Source of the DNA: Candidatus Woesebacteria bacterium | Lineage (GTDB): Bacteria > Patescibacteriota > Microgenomatia > UBA8517 | NCBI GenBank assembly: GCA_020060565.1 | Contig: JAGVAE010000002.1 | Coordinates: 243,270 to 307,269, forward strand | Reading direction: 5' to 3' | DNA: 64,000 nt | Shown here: positions 19,490 through 29,204 of the stretch, in pieces | Layout: the number at the start of each line of letters is the position of its first letter | Numbering within the stretch: position 1 is the stretch's first letter | Position numbers and translations under genes: made by a program | The notes under the pieces: model-generated | Database searches by the model: none | Seen by the model: the letters and a program-made list of their open reading frames with translations, nothing else | Told to the model about the DNA's origin: nothing

Positions 19490-20618
19490 CTCCTTCATAC
19501 CCCAGTGCCCAAAGAGCCATTCCTCCTAGATTTTGTGATTTCACAAAATCGACTTTTATTTGTGTTGAAAATTTATCAGGGTAAAAAACTTGCTGGTAAG
19601 TATTTGTGTCGGTATTTTTATAGAGAAAATAGTTTTCACTATCTGTTTTGTTGAATTGGGCAGAGCAGGTGGCACAAGAACTTAATAGTTCTTCAACCGA
19701 TCTACTACTTATTGAATATGCAGATCCAGGAAGAACTGCTGCCCTGGGTACTGGATTCAGACTTTCCCAGGAATAACCATACAATGGAACCGCGAGAATT
19801 AGTTTATTTGCGGGAACAAGAGTTAAGGCTGCTTGAACCGCGCTTTGAATATCAAATTCAGATACTATTCCAGCACCGGTTTGAGGGGCAACGGCACCTG
19901 TAACAAAACTTCCTGGGTTGTGGAAGTCGTAGCCCATCAAAACCATATAATCAACTATTTTTGAAAGAGCAGCTGGATCTGCCAAATTTTTATCACGTAC
20001 AAAAGCAATTCCTGGGGCGTCAACCGTGATAGTTATTTTAGGATCAAGTCTATTTCTTACCTCTTTAACAAATGTGGTGTAGCGGTTTCTTTGATCTAGT
20101 GTTGCCTCTCCTACCCTTTCAATATCCAAATTTAAGTCAGAAAATTCATATTTTGATATTACAGGAGAAAGATCGTTTATTAAATTTTGAGCACTGACTG
20201 CTGGATCTTCTAAGAACTTGTCGATTTTTTCATCATCTCCACTAAAAACTGTTAAGGATAGTTCAATGCCATTTTTCTTGGCTATTGTTAAATAATCATC
20301 AACCTTACCTGTTGAAAGTGTGTGCCAACCTGGGTCACTTTCCCCTGGGGAAGTAAATTTTTGGATTTTACCGTCACTATCAATTGTCACATTGAAATAA
20401 GAAAGTTGAGTAATATAAGGGGAATAATCAGCTTGGGCTCTACTAATTAGCCAGAAAGGTAAAAACCCAATCACGATTTTTTTTGGAGCTTTAAAAACAT
20501 CGGCTACACTGCCATTTTTATTTCCAATATTAAGTATGTTAGTTTTAGTAACTAGGAAATAACCAAGAAAAACTCCTGCAATTATTCCAGCCCAAATAAT
20601 TAATGTTTTTTGAAACAT
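19452..20618 (-). CDS. glycoside hydrolase family 18-like protein (chitinase/YdhD-like), membrane-anchored
   Basis: A DxxDxDxE-like motif (SDLNLDIE) and MVLMGYDFH resemble GH18 catalytic regions. An N-terminal TM helix is present. Confidence 0.5.
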   Translation of the reverse strand: MFQKTLIIWAGIIAGVFLGYFLVTKTNILNIGNKNGSVADVFKAPKKIVIGFLPFWLISRAQADYSPYITQLSYFNVTIDSDGKIQKFTSPGESDPGWHTLSTGKVDDYLTIAKKNGIELSLTVFSGDDEKIDKFLEDPAVSAQNLINDLSPVISKYEFSDLNLDIERVGEATLDQRNRYTTFVKEVRNRLDPKITITVDAPGIAFVRDKNLADPAALSKIVDYMVLMGYDFHNPGSFVTGAVAPQTGAGIVSEFDIQSAVQAALTLVPANKLILAVPLYGYSWESLNPVPRAAVLPGSAYSISSRSVEELLSSCATCSAQFNKTDSENYFLYKNTDTNTYQQVFYPDKFSTQIKVDFVKSQNLGGMALWALGYEGANILEPLAGYSH

Positions 20619-20622
20619 ATAT

Positions 20623-21198
20623 CTATTCTAATCTAAATCCTTGAGATATTCCTAAATCAATAAACCCATTAACGTCAAGCAGAGTATCTTTAATTTTACA
20701 TGAGGTGAATGACGCTCCCTTTATTTTTGCTTCGGTAAAGTTTGTCTTTGTAAAATTACATCTTTCAAATACCACACCCTCTAAATTAGTACCTATAAAA
20801 TTTACATTTTCCAGGTTACACCAAACAAAAACGGAACCTTGTAAGTCAGCTTCACTAAAACTACAGTTTCTTAAATCAAAATTACGTTTTTCACTTTTAC
20901 TACCCAGTTTTAATTTTTGAAATATACAATTTTCGGCAACCGCTTTAGCAAAATCACAGTTTATAATTGAACAATTTCCAAAATCCAAAAAACTTAACTT
21001 AGTTCCCGGGAATTTGCAACCTGAAAAACTAGCCGATTCAATTATGCTTTCTGAAAAATTACAGGTATCAAATATGCAGTTATTAAAATTTGTAAATTTA
21101 AAAGTTAGGCCGTTAAATTTACACGATTCAAAAGTTATATCATCAAAATCCTTTCCCTGAATTTCTTTTTCAGCAAATATTTTCCTTTTGAAAGACAT
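20623..21198 (-). CDS. pentapeptide-repeat protein
   Basis: The product consists of tandem A(D/N)LxX-like pentapeptide repeats (CKFNGLTFKFTNFNNCIFDTCNFSES...). The ATG at 21198 was chosen to avoid overlap with the divergent Nudix gene. Confidence 0.7.
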   Translation of the reverse strand: MSFKRKIFAEKEIQGKDFDDITFESCKFNGLTFKFTNFNNCIFDTCNFSESIIESASFSGCKFPGTKLSFLDFGNCSIINCDFAKAVAENCIFQKLKLGSKSEKRNFDLRNCSFSEADLQGSVFVWCNLENVNFIGTNLEGVVFERCNFTKTNFTEAKIKGASFTSCKIKDTLLDVNGFIDLGISQGFRLE

Positions 21199-21216
21199 GC
21201 CTATATAATAGCACTT

Positions 21217-21702
21217 GTGATTACTTGTCAATTTGAGAATAAAAGTAAAGTAGGGCTTAGACATGTGGTTGTAGGGGTGCTTATTGTCAAAAACAGAAAA
21301 GTATTTCTTACAAGAAGGGGAACTTTCAGAGGAAAACCAATATTAGAATTCAGAAAGTGGTCATTGCCTAGTGGATTTATGGATAGAAATGAAACATTGA
21401 TGGAAACTGCAAAACGTGAGGTTTGGGAGGAAACTGGATGGAAAATAGATAAACTTAAACTATTTAAAATAGTTGATAATCCAAAAAGACCACATGATGG
21501 AGGTAGACAAAATGTAAGTTTTGTATATATTGCCAACCCTGTTAGTCAAGTTGCTATTAAAAGTGAGGAAGTTTTGGAATCGGAGTGGTTTGATTTAAAC
21601 AGTCTACCTTCAAAAAAAGAAGTTGCCTTTGACTATTACGAGACTCTAATTTTATTTAAAAAATATCTAAAGAAAAAGTTCCCACTTCCTGTTTTGGAGT
21701 AA
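21217..21702 (+). CDS. NUDIX hydrolase
   Basis: The Nudix box is GFMDRNETLMETAKREVWEETG. There is no in-frame ATG before the first beta-strand, so the start appears to be the GTG at 21217. Confidence 0.65.
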   Translation: MITCQFENKSKVGLRHVVVGVLIVKNRKVFLTRRGTFRGKPILEFRKWSLPSGFMDRNETLMETAKREVWEETGWKIDKLKLFKIVDNPKRPHDGGRQNVSFVYIANPVSQVAIKSEEVLESEWFDLNSLPSKKEVAFDYYETLILFKKYLKKKFPLPVLE

Positions 21703-21765
21703 ATTTAAAATTATTTACTTCTTTTTAATTTATTTTTTTATTATACAATCACTATTGTGAACACG

Positions 21766-22998
21766 ATGCTTGCCGCCGCCCTAAAACAAATTAAAGATTA
21801 TTCCTCTGTTTTGGCCGAGGATTATGAGGATAAAAAAACATTTAAAAAAGCAATTGATGCAATTCTTATTCCACAAAGAATTATTAAAGGAAAAATTAGT
21901 GTAAATGTTGATGGGAAGAAAAAAACATTTCAGGCTTTTAGAATTCAACACAATGATGCAAGAGGTCCTTTTAAGGGAGGAATCAGGTTTCATCCAAATG
22001 TAACCGAAGATGAAGTTCGGGCACTTGCTACTCTTATGAGTCTTAAATGCGCTGTAGCAGGAATTCCATATGGTGGGGCAAAAGGAGGAGTGGTTGTGGA
22101 TCCTTCAAAACTTTCAAAAGATGAATTGAAAGATTTATCTACCTCCTATGCCAAGTTTATTGCTCCATATATAGGAGTTTGGCGTGATGTTCCAGCTCCT
22201 GATGTTAATACCGATGGGCAAGTTATGTCCTGGATGCTTGAGACATATGAAAAGAAAATTGGGCTTCTTTCTCCTGGAACTTTTACAGGTAAACCATTGG
22301 AACTCGGAGGATCATTGGGTCGCACTGAGGCAACTGGGCAAGGTGGTGTGTTTGTTTTGGATGTTTATGCCCGGGCAAAAGGAATAAAAGTGAAATCATC
22401 AACTGTTGCAGTCCAGGGTTTCGGAAATGTTGGTTTTTGGTTTGCAAAACTGGCAAAAGAATTAGGGTTTAGGGTAGTAGCTATATCTGACTCAAAGGGT
22501 GGGGTATATGATAAAAAAGGAGTAGATGTTGATAAGTTAATGAGACTAAAAGAAGAAGGTAAGATGCTTCCAATAAATATTACAAATGATGAGCTTTTAA
22601 CACTCCCCATTACTTTTTTGGTTCCTGCGGCACTGGAAAATTCAATTACAAAAGATAATGTAGGTAAAATCAGAGCCAAGGTTATTATTGAAATGGCAAA
22701 TGGGCCAACAACGAGTGAGGCGGATAAATATTTGTATGAAAAAGGAATCGATGTTGTTCCTGACATTCTAGCTAATAGTGGGGGAGTTACAGTTTCCTAC
22801 TTTGAATGGGTACAGAACCTTAGCGGATATTATTGGACAAAAGAGCGGGTAAATTTGGAACTTAAAAATATTATTACCAAGGCGTTTATGGATATTTATA
22901 AAGTTAAAACTTTAAAGAAAATCTCATTTAGAGGTGCTGCAAATTATTTATCACTTAAGAGGATGGTTGATGCAATGATGCTTCGAGGACGGGTGTAA
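21766..22998 (+). CDS. gdhA: NAD(P)-dependent glutamate dehydrogenase
   Basis: The GDH signature includes GGIRFHP and IPYGGAKGG, and a Rossmann motif GFGNVG is present. The ORF extends to a GTG at 21757. Confidence 0.85.
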   Translation: MLAAALKQIKDYSSVLAEDYEDKKTFKKAIDAILIPQRIIKGKISVNVDGKKKTFQAFRIQHNDARGPFKGGIRFHPNVTEDEVRALATLMSLKCAVAGIPYGGAKGGVVVDPSKLSKDELKDLSTSYAKFIAPYIGVWRDVPAPDVNTDGQVMSWMLETYEKKIGLLSPGTFTGKPLELGGSLGRTEATGQGGVFVLDVYARAKGIKVKSSTVAVQGFGNVGFWFAKLAKELGFRVVAISDSKGGVYDKKGVDVDKLMRLKEEGKMLPINITNDELLTLPITFLVPAALENSITKDNVGKIRAKVIIEMANGPTTSEADKYLYEKGIDVVPDILANSGGVTVSYFEWVQNLSGYYWTKERVNLELKNIITKAFMDIYKVKTLKKISFRGAANYLSLKRMVDAMMLRGRV

Positions 22999-23014
22999 AA
23001 ATGGAAATTACGAA

Positions 23015-23254
23015 TTAATTGACAACTTTCGCTGGTTTTTTCGCGGCCATTCTTTCCTGTTTTTGAAGGAATGAGGTGTGTCTTTTTTCTTGCTCAATAA
23101 ATAACATGCTATCAACTTTTTTTTGACATTCGGGATCTGGACATATGGTTTCCGTTGTGGAAATAATACTATTGCCAATTTTTTCTTCCTTAACCGAGAG
23201 AATTATCCTTTGTTTTCCACACCTTACACAAACTGTGGTGTTGTTATTGTTCAA
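23015..23254 (-). CDS. hypothetical zinc-ribbon protein (TTG start)
   Basis: The product carries CVRCGK...CPDPEC. It has only a TTG start, so confidence is low. Confidence 0.3.
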   Translation of the reverse strand: MNNNNTTVCVRCGKQRIILSVKEEKIGNSIISTTETICPDPECQKKVDSMLFIEQEKRHTSFLQKQERMAAKKPAKVVN

Positions 23255-23278
23255 GCTGGGTTCATTATAACACGGAAC

Positions 23279-23443
23279 CTACATTTTAAGAAGCTCGAGA
23301 AGTTTGTAGATTAGAAATGCTGGCCAGACTAAAGCTTTAAGAAACCCAATTACTCCTTCTCCAAAATTTGTTGCGTGTTGGATAAAATAAACAACAGCCC
23401 CAATAAAACCCAGTCCATAAAAACCACACAAATCGCCCTTCAT
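23279..23443 (-). CDS. small hydrophobic membrane protein
   Basis: An AAAGGAGG RBS lies upstream of the ATG at 23443. The product MKGDLCGFYGLGFIGAVVYFIQ... has two predicted TM helices. Confidence 0.4.
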   Translation of the reverse strand: MKGDLCGFYGLGFIGAVVYFIQHATNFGEGVIGFLKALVWPAFLIYKLLELLKM

Positions 23444-23518
23444 TGGTTTACATCCTCCTTTCTTCATATAAATAAATAATATCAATAGTCAGAATCTATG
23501 TAAAGAGGATTTTGAAGT

Positions 23519-24502
23519 TTAATATTTAGAATAGTATACACCTCTTGTTGTGCCTAGTTTTTTAATTAATTTTTGATCTTGGAGTTTTTTAAGATCATAG
23601 CGAAGAGTCCTCTCACTTATCCTTGCAAATCTTCTTCTAATTTGATCAAGTGTAATAATTTTATGCTCCTTTATTATTTTTAATATTTCACTTCGGCGAG
23701 GGAGTAGAAAATCGGTTATATCTGGATTTTGTTTTTCAAGAATTAGTTTTGTTGTTTTCGCAGCTGCTTTTGAAATTGCAGTGAGCATAAATTCAACATA
23801 ATCTGTAGTGTCTTTTTCAGATTCTTCAAGCATTCTGTAATATTCACTTCTGTGATTGTCTAAATATTCTTCCAGAGATAAAATTCCCTTCATTCCATAT
23901 CCATTTATACTTAATACCTCTTGCATTAAAAGTCTACCGACCCTTCCACTACCATCCAAAAATGGATGAATTTTTTCAAAGGAATAATGTGCAAGAACTG
24001 CTTTTATTGGGATTAACTTTTCTTTAGGACTGTTTACGTATTTAATAAGTTTTTTAATAAGCGGCATTACTAGTTGTGGAGGAGGAGGCATATAAATAAC
24101 AATACCTGCGGAATTGAAAATGGCTTCCATGTTATGTCTAAATTTGCCCAAATTTTCGTGATTAATTAGATTTTTCATTGTAATTTTCTGAAGATTTAAG
24201 ATATCAAAAGTATCAACTTTGTTTCTTTTTTTGTCATAAATCCAATTTAACGCCTTTAATATGTTTGTAACTTCAAGTTTTTTTTGGTCTTTTGAGGGAA
24301 TTTTGTTAAGATCGTCAAAGATTAAAGTATTTCCTTCGATTCTTGCTGAAAACAAAGAACTTTTTAAAGTTGACTCCCGTCTTATATTCATTTCAATCTC
24401 TGGAGGAATGAAAGTGGATTCAATTACAGCACGAGATGCTTCTATTGAGGATAAAAGTTCAGAAATATTTGATGTTAGTCTGTATTTTGGAGGAATCAAC
24501 AT
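23519..24502 (-). CDS. Fic/Doc family protein (Fido domain, class II with intrinsic inhibitory motif) and C-terminal wHTH
   Basis: The Fic motif is HPFLDGSGRVGRLL and the N-terminal SxxxEG inhibitory motif is SARIEGN. The C-terminal ~70 aa are HTH-like. Confidence 0.8.
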   Translation of the reverse strand: MLIPPKYRLTSNISELLSSIEASRAVIESTFIPPEIEMNIRRESTLKSSLFSARIEGNTLIFDDLNKIPSKDQKKLEVTNILKALNWIYDKKRNKVDTFDILNLQKITMKNLINHENLGKFRHNMEAIFNSAGIVIYMPPPPQLVMPLIKKLIKYVNSPKEKLIPIKAVLAHYSFEKIHPFLDGSGRVGRLLMQEVLSINGYGMKGILSLEEYLDNHRSEYYRMLEESEKDTTDYVEFMLTAISKAAAKTTKLILEKQNPDITDFLLPRRSEILKIIKEHKIITLDQIRRRFARISERTLRYDLKKLQDQKLIKKLGTTRGVYYSKY

Positions 24503-24510
24503 ACCCCAAT

Positions 24511-24580
24511 ATTACCAGATGTTGCCGAATACTGCCAGATGTTGCCGAATATTAGAAGATGTTGGAAGATATTAGACAAA
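24511..24580. repeat. about 3.5 tandem copies of a 20-bp direct repeat (ATTACCAGATGTTGCCGAAT consensus) immediately upstream of the Fic start
   Basis: The copies lie at 24511-24530, 24531-24550 (one mismatch), 24551-24570 (degenerate) and 24571-24580 (partial). Phasing is exactly 20 bp. Confidence 0.8.
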
Positions 24581-25750
24581 AGTTAGTGCAATACCTTTTT
24601 TATCTGCTCTGCCCGTTCTTCCTATTCTATGGATATAGTTTTCGTAAGACTCAGGAAGGTCGTAATTAATAACATGACTTACATTTGGAATGTCTAAACC
24701 GCGAGAGGCAACATCAGTTGCTATTAAGATTTGAATAATATCCTGTTTAAATTTGTCCAAAATTCTTATCCTTTGACCTTGATTTTTATTACCATGAATG
24801 GCGTCTGCTTTAAAGCCACGACCGATAAGTTCATTTGAAAGTTTTTGAACTCCATGTTTGGTTCTGCCAAAAATTAGTACTTTTTCAAAATCCTGTGTAA
24901 TTAAGAGTTTATGTAGTTCCTCAATTTTGGTGTTGGGACTTACAATTCTGACAACTTCCTGTTTGACTTGGGTTGTAATATCTCCAGATTTGACTGAAAC
25001 AGTAATTGGGTTTTTTACGAAACTACCAATAATTCCTGCCACTTTTGCATCCACCGTTGCCGAAAAGAAAAGAGATTGTCGATCTGTTGAAAGCATGGAA
25101 ATCATATTTTTAATGGTTGGTAAAAAGCCAACATCAACCATATGATCTGCTTCATCAAGTACCACAGAACCAAAATAGGCTAGATTTAAACCATGCGAAC
25201 GAATATGATCTTCAAGTCGTCCTGGTGTTCCTATTACAAAATTGGGGTTTCTGCGCAAGTCTTCTTTTTGTCTCCACATATTTGCCCCTCCAATACAAAG
25301 AGCTGAATAGACATTTAGATTTTTTGCAAATGAATTAAACTCATCTCTAATTTGAGCTGCAAGTTCACGAGTTGGTGTGACTATTAAAACTCTTTGATTC
25401 CTATCTCTTATTACCTTTTCTATTAAAGGAATTAAAAAAGCTGCGGTTTTACCTGTTCCTGTATTAGCCATTCCAATTAAATCGTACCCTTCGATAATTG
25501 GGGGAATTGCTTGATCTTGAATGGGGGTAGGTGTTTTATACCCCTTGGCAAGAACATTGTTTCTGAGAGTTTCTGATATTTTAAAATCAGAAAACTGGTT
25601 GACTACTTTATAATCTTCGATTTCACTTCTTGTTGAGGGAAGATTAACTATTTGACTTGGGTCAAAAGTCTTAATTCTTCTGCCTACGGAACCATAGGCC
25701 CTACGGGCAGGGGGCCACCTTCTTTTATTGTTATTGAATCGGTTATACAT
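24572..25750 (-). CDS. DEAD-box ATP-dependent RNA helicase
   Basis: The Q-motif, Walker A (MANTGTGKTAAF), DEAD box (VLDEADHM), SAT motif and motif VI HRIGRTGR are present. The ATG at 25750 gives MYNRF..., and the ORF extends to 25825. Confidence 0.85.
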   Translation of the reverse strand: MYNRFNNNKRRWPPARRAYGSVGRRIKTFDPSQIVNLPSTRSEIEDYKVVNQFSDFKISETLRNNVLAKGYKTPTPIQDQAIPPIIEGYDLIGMANTGTGKTAAFLIPLIEKVIRDRNQRVLIVTPTRELAAQIRDEFNSFAKNLNVYSALCIGGANMWRQKEDLRRNPNFVIGTPGRLEDHIRSHGLNLAYFGSVVLDEADHMVDVGFLPTIKNMISMLSTDRQSLFFSATVDAKVAGIIGSFVKNPITVSVKSGDITTQVKQEVVRIVSPNTKIEELHKLLITQDFEKVLIFGRTKHGVQKLSNELIGRGFKADAIHGNKNQGQRIRILDKFKQDIIQILIATDVASRGLDIPNVSHVINYDLPESYENYIHRIGRTGRADKKGIALTFV

Positions 25751-25935
25751 AATTGTGGGAATAGAACTGCTTAAAACAAAATAAATTCTTAAAAAAAAGT
25801 ATCTCGTGTGAAGAAAAAGATACAAATAAAATTAACTAAATTTGGGGTACCTTTGTCTCTCTTTAAGCAGGTCTATGCCTGCAATTAACTAACTATCCTG
25901 TAGTATATCAGGGAATATGGAAGATGTCAAGAAAG

Positions 25936-26109
25936 AGCTTTAATGATGGCTTCTCTAATGTTTTTGCCCCCAAACCAGCCGTTGAGGAAAACTATTGCAT
26001 GCTTATTCTTGTTCCATTCCTGAAGGTAATATTTGTCTATTCTGCCCCCTTTTTGTTTCAGTGCTGTCACCAACTTATTTAGCGAAAGTGAATTGTTGAT
26101 AAGTCTATT
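25936..26109 (-). pseudogene. start-less 61-codon reading frame overlapping the GIY-YIG 3' end out of frame (possible remnant or frameshifted C-terminal extension)
   Basis: The minus-strand frame reads ...LNKLVTALKQKGGRIDKYYLQEWNKNKHAIVFLNGWFGGKNIREAIIKALS* with no start codon. It begins right after an in-frame stop inside the GIY-YIG gene end. Confidence 0.25.
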
Positions 26110-26341
26110 GTATCAGATTTTCCTTCTTTTTTCTTGGCCAATTTTTTATTTCTGCCTCGCGCTTGAGGGCTTCAGATTTTGTTGAATATTCCTCTTTATA
26201 AATTATTTTTATTGGTTTATGACTTTTGGTATAACGAGCACCGTGACCATCCAGGTGGTCTTTGAAACGTTTATCAATATTGTTAGTGGAACCAGTATAA
26301 AAGCTACCATCTGTACAAAGAAGAATATAGGTAAACCACAT
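26105..26341 (-). CDS. GIY-YIG nuclease superfamily protein (UPF0213/YhbQ-like)
   Basis: The pattern WFTYILLCTDGSFYTGSTNNIDKRFKDH...ARYT matches the GIY-YIG short family. Confidence 0.7.
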   Translation of the reverse strand: MWFTYILLCTDGSFYTGSTNNIDKRFKDHLDGHGARYTKSHKPIKIIYKEEYSTKSEALKREAEIKNWPRKKKENLIQ

Positions 26342-26344
26342 TTT

Positions 26345-27289
26345 CTATGTTTCTAATAACTTTCTCGCTTGTGTAAAATCTTTTGTTTCCATAAGTTTTT
26401 GGCGCAAGATACTGGCACCTTTGAAATTGTTTATATACATCTTAAAAAACTTCTTCATTGGTTCAAAAGCTTTAGGAGAAGTATTTTCCTTTTGATTAAG
26501 TTTCATATGTTTTAGGAGGATTCCAATATAATCTTCTTCTGTATGTTTTTGGGGGATGTGATTAAATACCCAGGGGTTTTTAAAGATTCCCCGTCCTATC
26601 ATGACTCCATCTACATTATATTTTTTTTGAAAATCTAATATTTGAGAATAACTTTCAACATCTCCATTTCCAATGATTAAAGTTTCTGGGGCAATTTTGT
26701 TTCTAATTCTTACTGCCTTTTTTATTTCTTCCCAATTGGCATTTCCTTTACTCATTTGTTTTGCTGTTCTGCCGTGGATTGTAAATGCGTCAATTTTTTG
26801 TTCGAGTAAAAAAGTAAACCATTCTGTGGTCATGGCTGGTGTATCTCCAAGTCTTGTTTTTATACTGATGGGCAATTTATCTGCTCCTTTTTTAACTGCA
26901 GCTATTATTTCTTTTACTAAGCTAGGATTATTAATCATTGCTGCCCCCGCCCCGCTCTTTACAACTTCCCTAACTGGGCAACCCATGTTGATGTCAATTC
27001 CATCAAACTTTAATTTCTGAATGAGTTGCGCTGATTTATAGAAAGCATCGGGTTTGGTTCCCCAGATTTGTGCAACAATGGGTTTTTGTTTTTCACTAAA
27101 TTTTAATCTTGGAATAGTTTTTTCAAATCCTTCGGAAGTAAGCGCTTCTATATTTGTGAATTCTGTGAATATTACATCTGGTTTGGGAAGGTAAGTTGAA
27201 ACTACCTCGCGAAATACGTAATCGGTCACATTTTCCATGGGAGCAAGGATGGTAAATGGACAGGGAAGTTCATTCCAGAAATTAGACAT
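26345..27289 (-). CDS. tRNA-dihydrouridine synthase
   Basis: The Dus TIM-barrel motifs are LAPMENVTD, NMGCP and the catalytic region. Confidence 0.8.
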   Translation of the reverse strand: MSNFWNELPCPFTILAPMENVTDYVFREVVSTYLPKPDVIFTEFTNIEALTSEGFEKTIPRLKFSEKQKPIVAQIWGTKPDAFYKSAQLIQKLKFDGIDINMGCPVREVVKSGAGAAMINNPSLVKEIIAAVKKGADKLPISIKTRLGDTPAMTTEWFTFLLEQKIDAFTIHGRTAKQMSKGNANWEEIKKAVRIRNKIAPETLIIGNGDVESYSQILDFQKKYNVDGVMIGRGIFKNPWVFNHIPQKHTEEDYIGILLKHMKLNQKENTSPKAFEPMKKFFKMYINNFKGASILRQKLMETKDFTQARKLLET

Positions 27290-27836
27290 TTTTTGTGTTC
27301 TTGGATTTTATTCCAAACAAGACCATTGATAAGTAGACCAGAGGGGTTCCGATGGCAATTTCAGAAAGAACTGGATATTGTTGGAAAAAAATATTTATAT
27401 TGCTGCCAAAAAAATAATATAGAAAAAGAATAAAAACAATTATTAAGATGTAAACAAACTTCGTAATTGTTTTATTGTCTGGTGTTAATATGTGAATCAC
27501 AATTAAAAAAAGAAAACTAACCCAGGACCCCGCAAGTAATTTGTCAGGGAGATAATTTCTAACACTACTATCAATATTTAACAATGCAAGTAAATATGCC
27601 AAAAATAGGGGAGAAATAAAAAGTAGTCCGATCTCTGTAAATCCTCGATTTTTTTCGCTTTTGGTTATAACTTTTCTAACAATAAGACTGGCGATGTAAA
27701 TCAGTAAGCTAAATAATAAATAAATCTGCTTATTGGCAATTATTGAGTTAAAAACAAAGAATAAACTGCCAGAAAACAAAAAGAAAACAACAGCTAAATC
27801 AAAAGTACTATTTATCTTTGTAATAGTGTTTTTCAT
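27282..27836 (-). CDS. hypothetical polytopic membrane protein
   Basis: The 184 aa product has about 5 TM helices and overlaps both neighbours in an operon. Confidence 0.45.
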   Translation of the reverse strand: MKNTITKINSTFDLAVVFFLFSGSLFFVFNSIIANKQIYLLFSLLIYIASLIVRKVITKSEKNRGFTEIGLLFISPLFLAYLLALLNIDSSVRNYLPDKLLAGSWVSFLFLIVIHILTPDNKTITKFVYILIIVFILFLYYFFGSNINIFFQQYPVLSEIAIGTPLVYLSMVLFGIKSKNTKNV

Positions 27837-29203
27837 TAAAATAAATTTTTAATCGTTAAACTTACAAAAAACACAAAAAACAGAAATCCTATCGTTAATA
27901 GAAGTTTTATAATGAACGAGGATTGATAATGGGTTTTTAAACTTCTTTTGTTGAGAAAAAAGATCAGTGGGAAAGCAACCATCATTGCAACAGCGTTTAA
28001 TACTGCACTAAGAGTTAGAAGAAAGCGAGGTTCGTCGATGCCAAAAAGAAGAACAATTGTACCAAGAATTATTTGGGACCAAAGAACAATAAAAAATGCC
28101 AGTGAAGGATTTGTAGTATCTCCCGGTTTATGAAAAAGTAGTAGAATGTTTTCTGATACAATTCTCGATGTTGACTCCAAAACTCCGATTTGAGTAGAAA
28201 AAAGCATTAATGCTGCCACGATTAAAAAACCGATTCCAAAAACCTGACCAACATGGGATGAAAGAGAGGAACTTTGTTGATATAAAAAATCAATTCCAGA
28301 ACTAGACGCTTGACCAAAAACCAAACTTTTTGCCAGAACAGACATTAGTATAATTGTTGTTAAACCCAAGAACCAAAATATTATGAAATGTTCAGCGGCT
28401 ACTATCTTCCACCATTTTTTCCAAAGTGTTAAGTTTTCTTTACTGTGGGTAAAAACTTGCCCTCCAAGCTCCATTTTTTTGATACCAGGAGAGAATAAGG
28501 AAGTAATCTTACCTGTGAACTTTCCCATACCAAAACCCTTCTCTTTAATGTAATACGATTGTGCAAAATTAAGATTTCCTCCGGCACCCGAGTAAGCAAA
28601 AGCTCCTAAGAAAGCGGCAAAAGCAACACCTGGAGGGAAAAACCACCAATTACCTCCTTTACCAATAAGTCCAACTGCAGCCTCTGTCCAATCAACTTGT
28701 TTGGTAACCAGAAATACTAACAAAATAATGAAAGGTAGTCCAACTAGAATAATCCCTCTTTGTAGATATTCCATTGTCTTATGAAGCGTTTTGCCTAAAG
28801 AAAGGACTAATCCAACAAAGATCAAAAAAAGTATCGGCAATATTTTTAAATGAGGAATGTCAAATAAATTTGCTATTATTTGAGACGAAGCGGAAGAAAA
28901 TCCCGGAAGCGACCAAGGAATGAAAGTGGAAAGTATGAACCAAATAGGGAGCCATTTAGCCATTTTTTTAAATCCTACAAAAACACTTTCCCCCCAGGCT
29001 AGGGTATAGCGCATTATCTCCAAATTCAAAATATACTGAAAAGTAATTCCCAAAAAACCACCCCACAGAAGTCCCAAACCCCAAACTGCGGAGAGATATG
29101 GCCACATAATGAGTTCTCCACTGCCCAACGCCAGACCAAGGAGAATAAATGAAGGACCTATTGTATTTAAAAATTTTGGTGGAGGTGGTAACTTATTATT
29201 CAT
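27836..29203 (-). CDS. integral membrane transporter-like protein (about 11 TM; weak NRAMP-like resemblance)
   Basis: The 455 aa product has an N-terminal GPSFILLGLALGSGELIMWP segment faintly reminiscent of the NRAMP GPGFL...DPGN region. No firm family assignment was made. Confidence 0.35.
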   Translation of the reverse strand: MNNKLPPPPKFLNTIGPSFILLGLALGSGELIMWPYLSAVWGLGLLWGGFLGITFQYILNLEIMRYTLAWGESVFVGFKKMAKWLPIWFILSTFIPWSLPGFSSASSQIIANLFDIPHLKILPILFLIFVGLVLSLGKTLHKTMEYLQRGIILVGLPFIILLVFLVTKQVDWTEAAVGLIGKGGNWWFFPPGVAFAAFLGAFAYSGAGGNLNFAQSYYIKEKGFGMGKFTGKITSLFSPGIKKMELGGQVFTHSKENLTLWKKWWKIVAAEHFIIFWFLGLTTIILMSVLAKSLVFGQASSSGIDFLYQQSSSLSSHVGQVFGIGFLIVAALMLFSTQIGVLESTSRIVSENILLLFHKPGDTTNPSLAFFIVLWSQIILGTIVLLFGIDEPRFLLTLSAVLNAVAMMVAFPLIFFLNKRSLKTHYQSSFIIKLLLTIGFLFFVFFVSLTIKNLF

Positions 29204-29204
29204 A

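Noticed and set aside
24511-24580. CRISPR array possibility for the 20-bp tandem repeats
   Set aside because: The repeats are contiguous with no spacers. The period is 20 bp and only about 3.5 copies are present. This is not CRISPR architecture.
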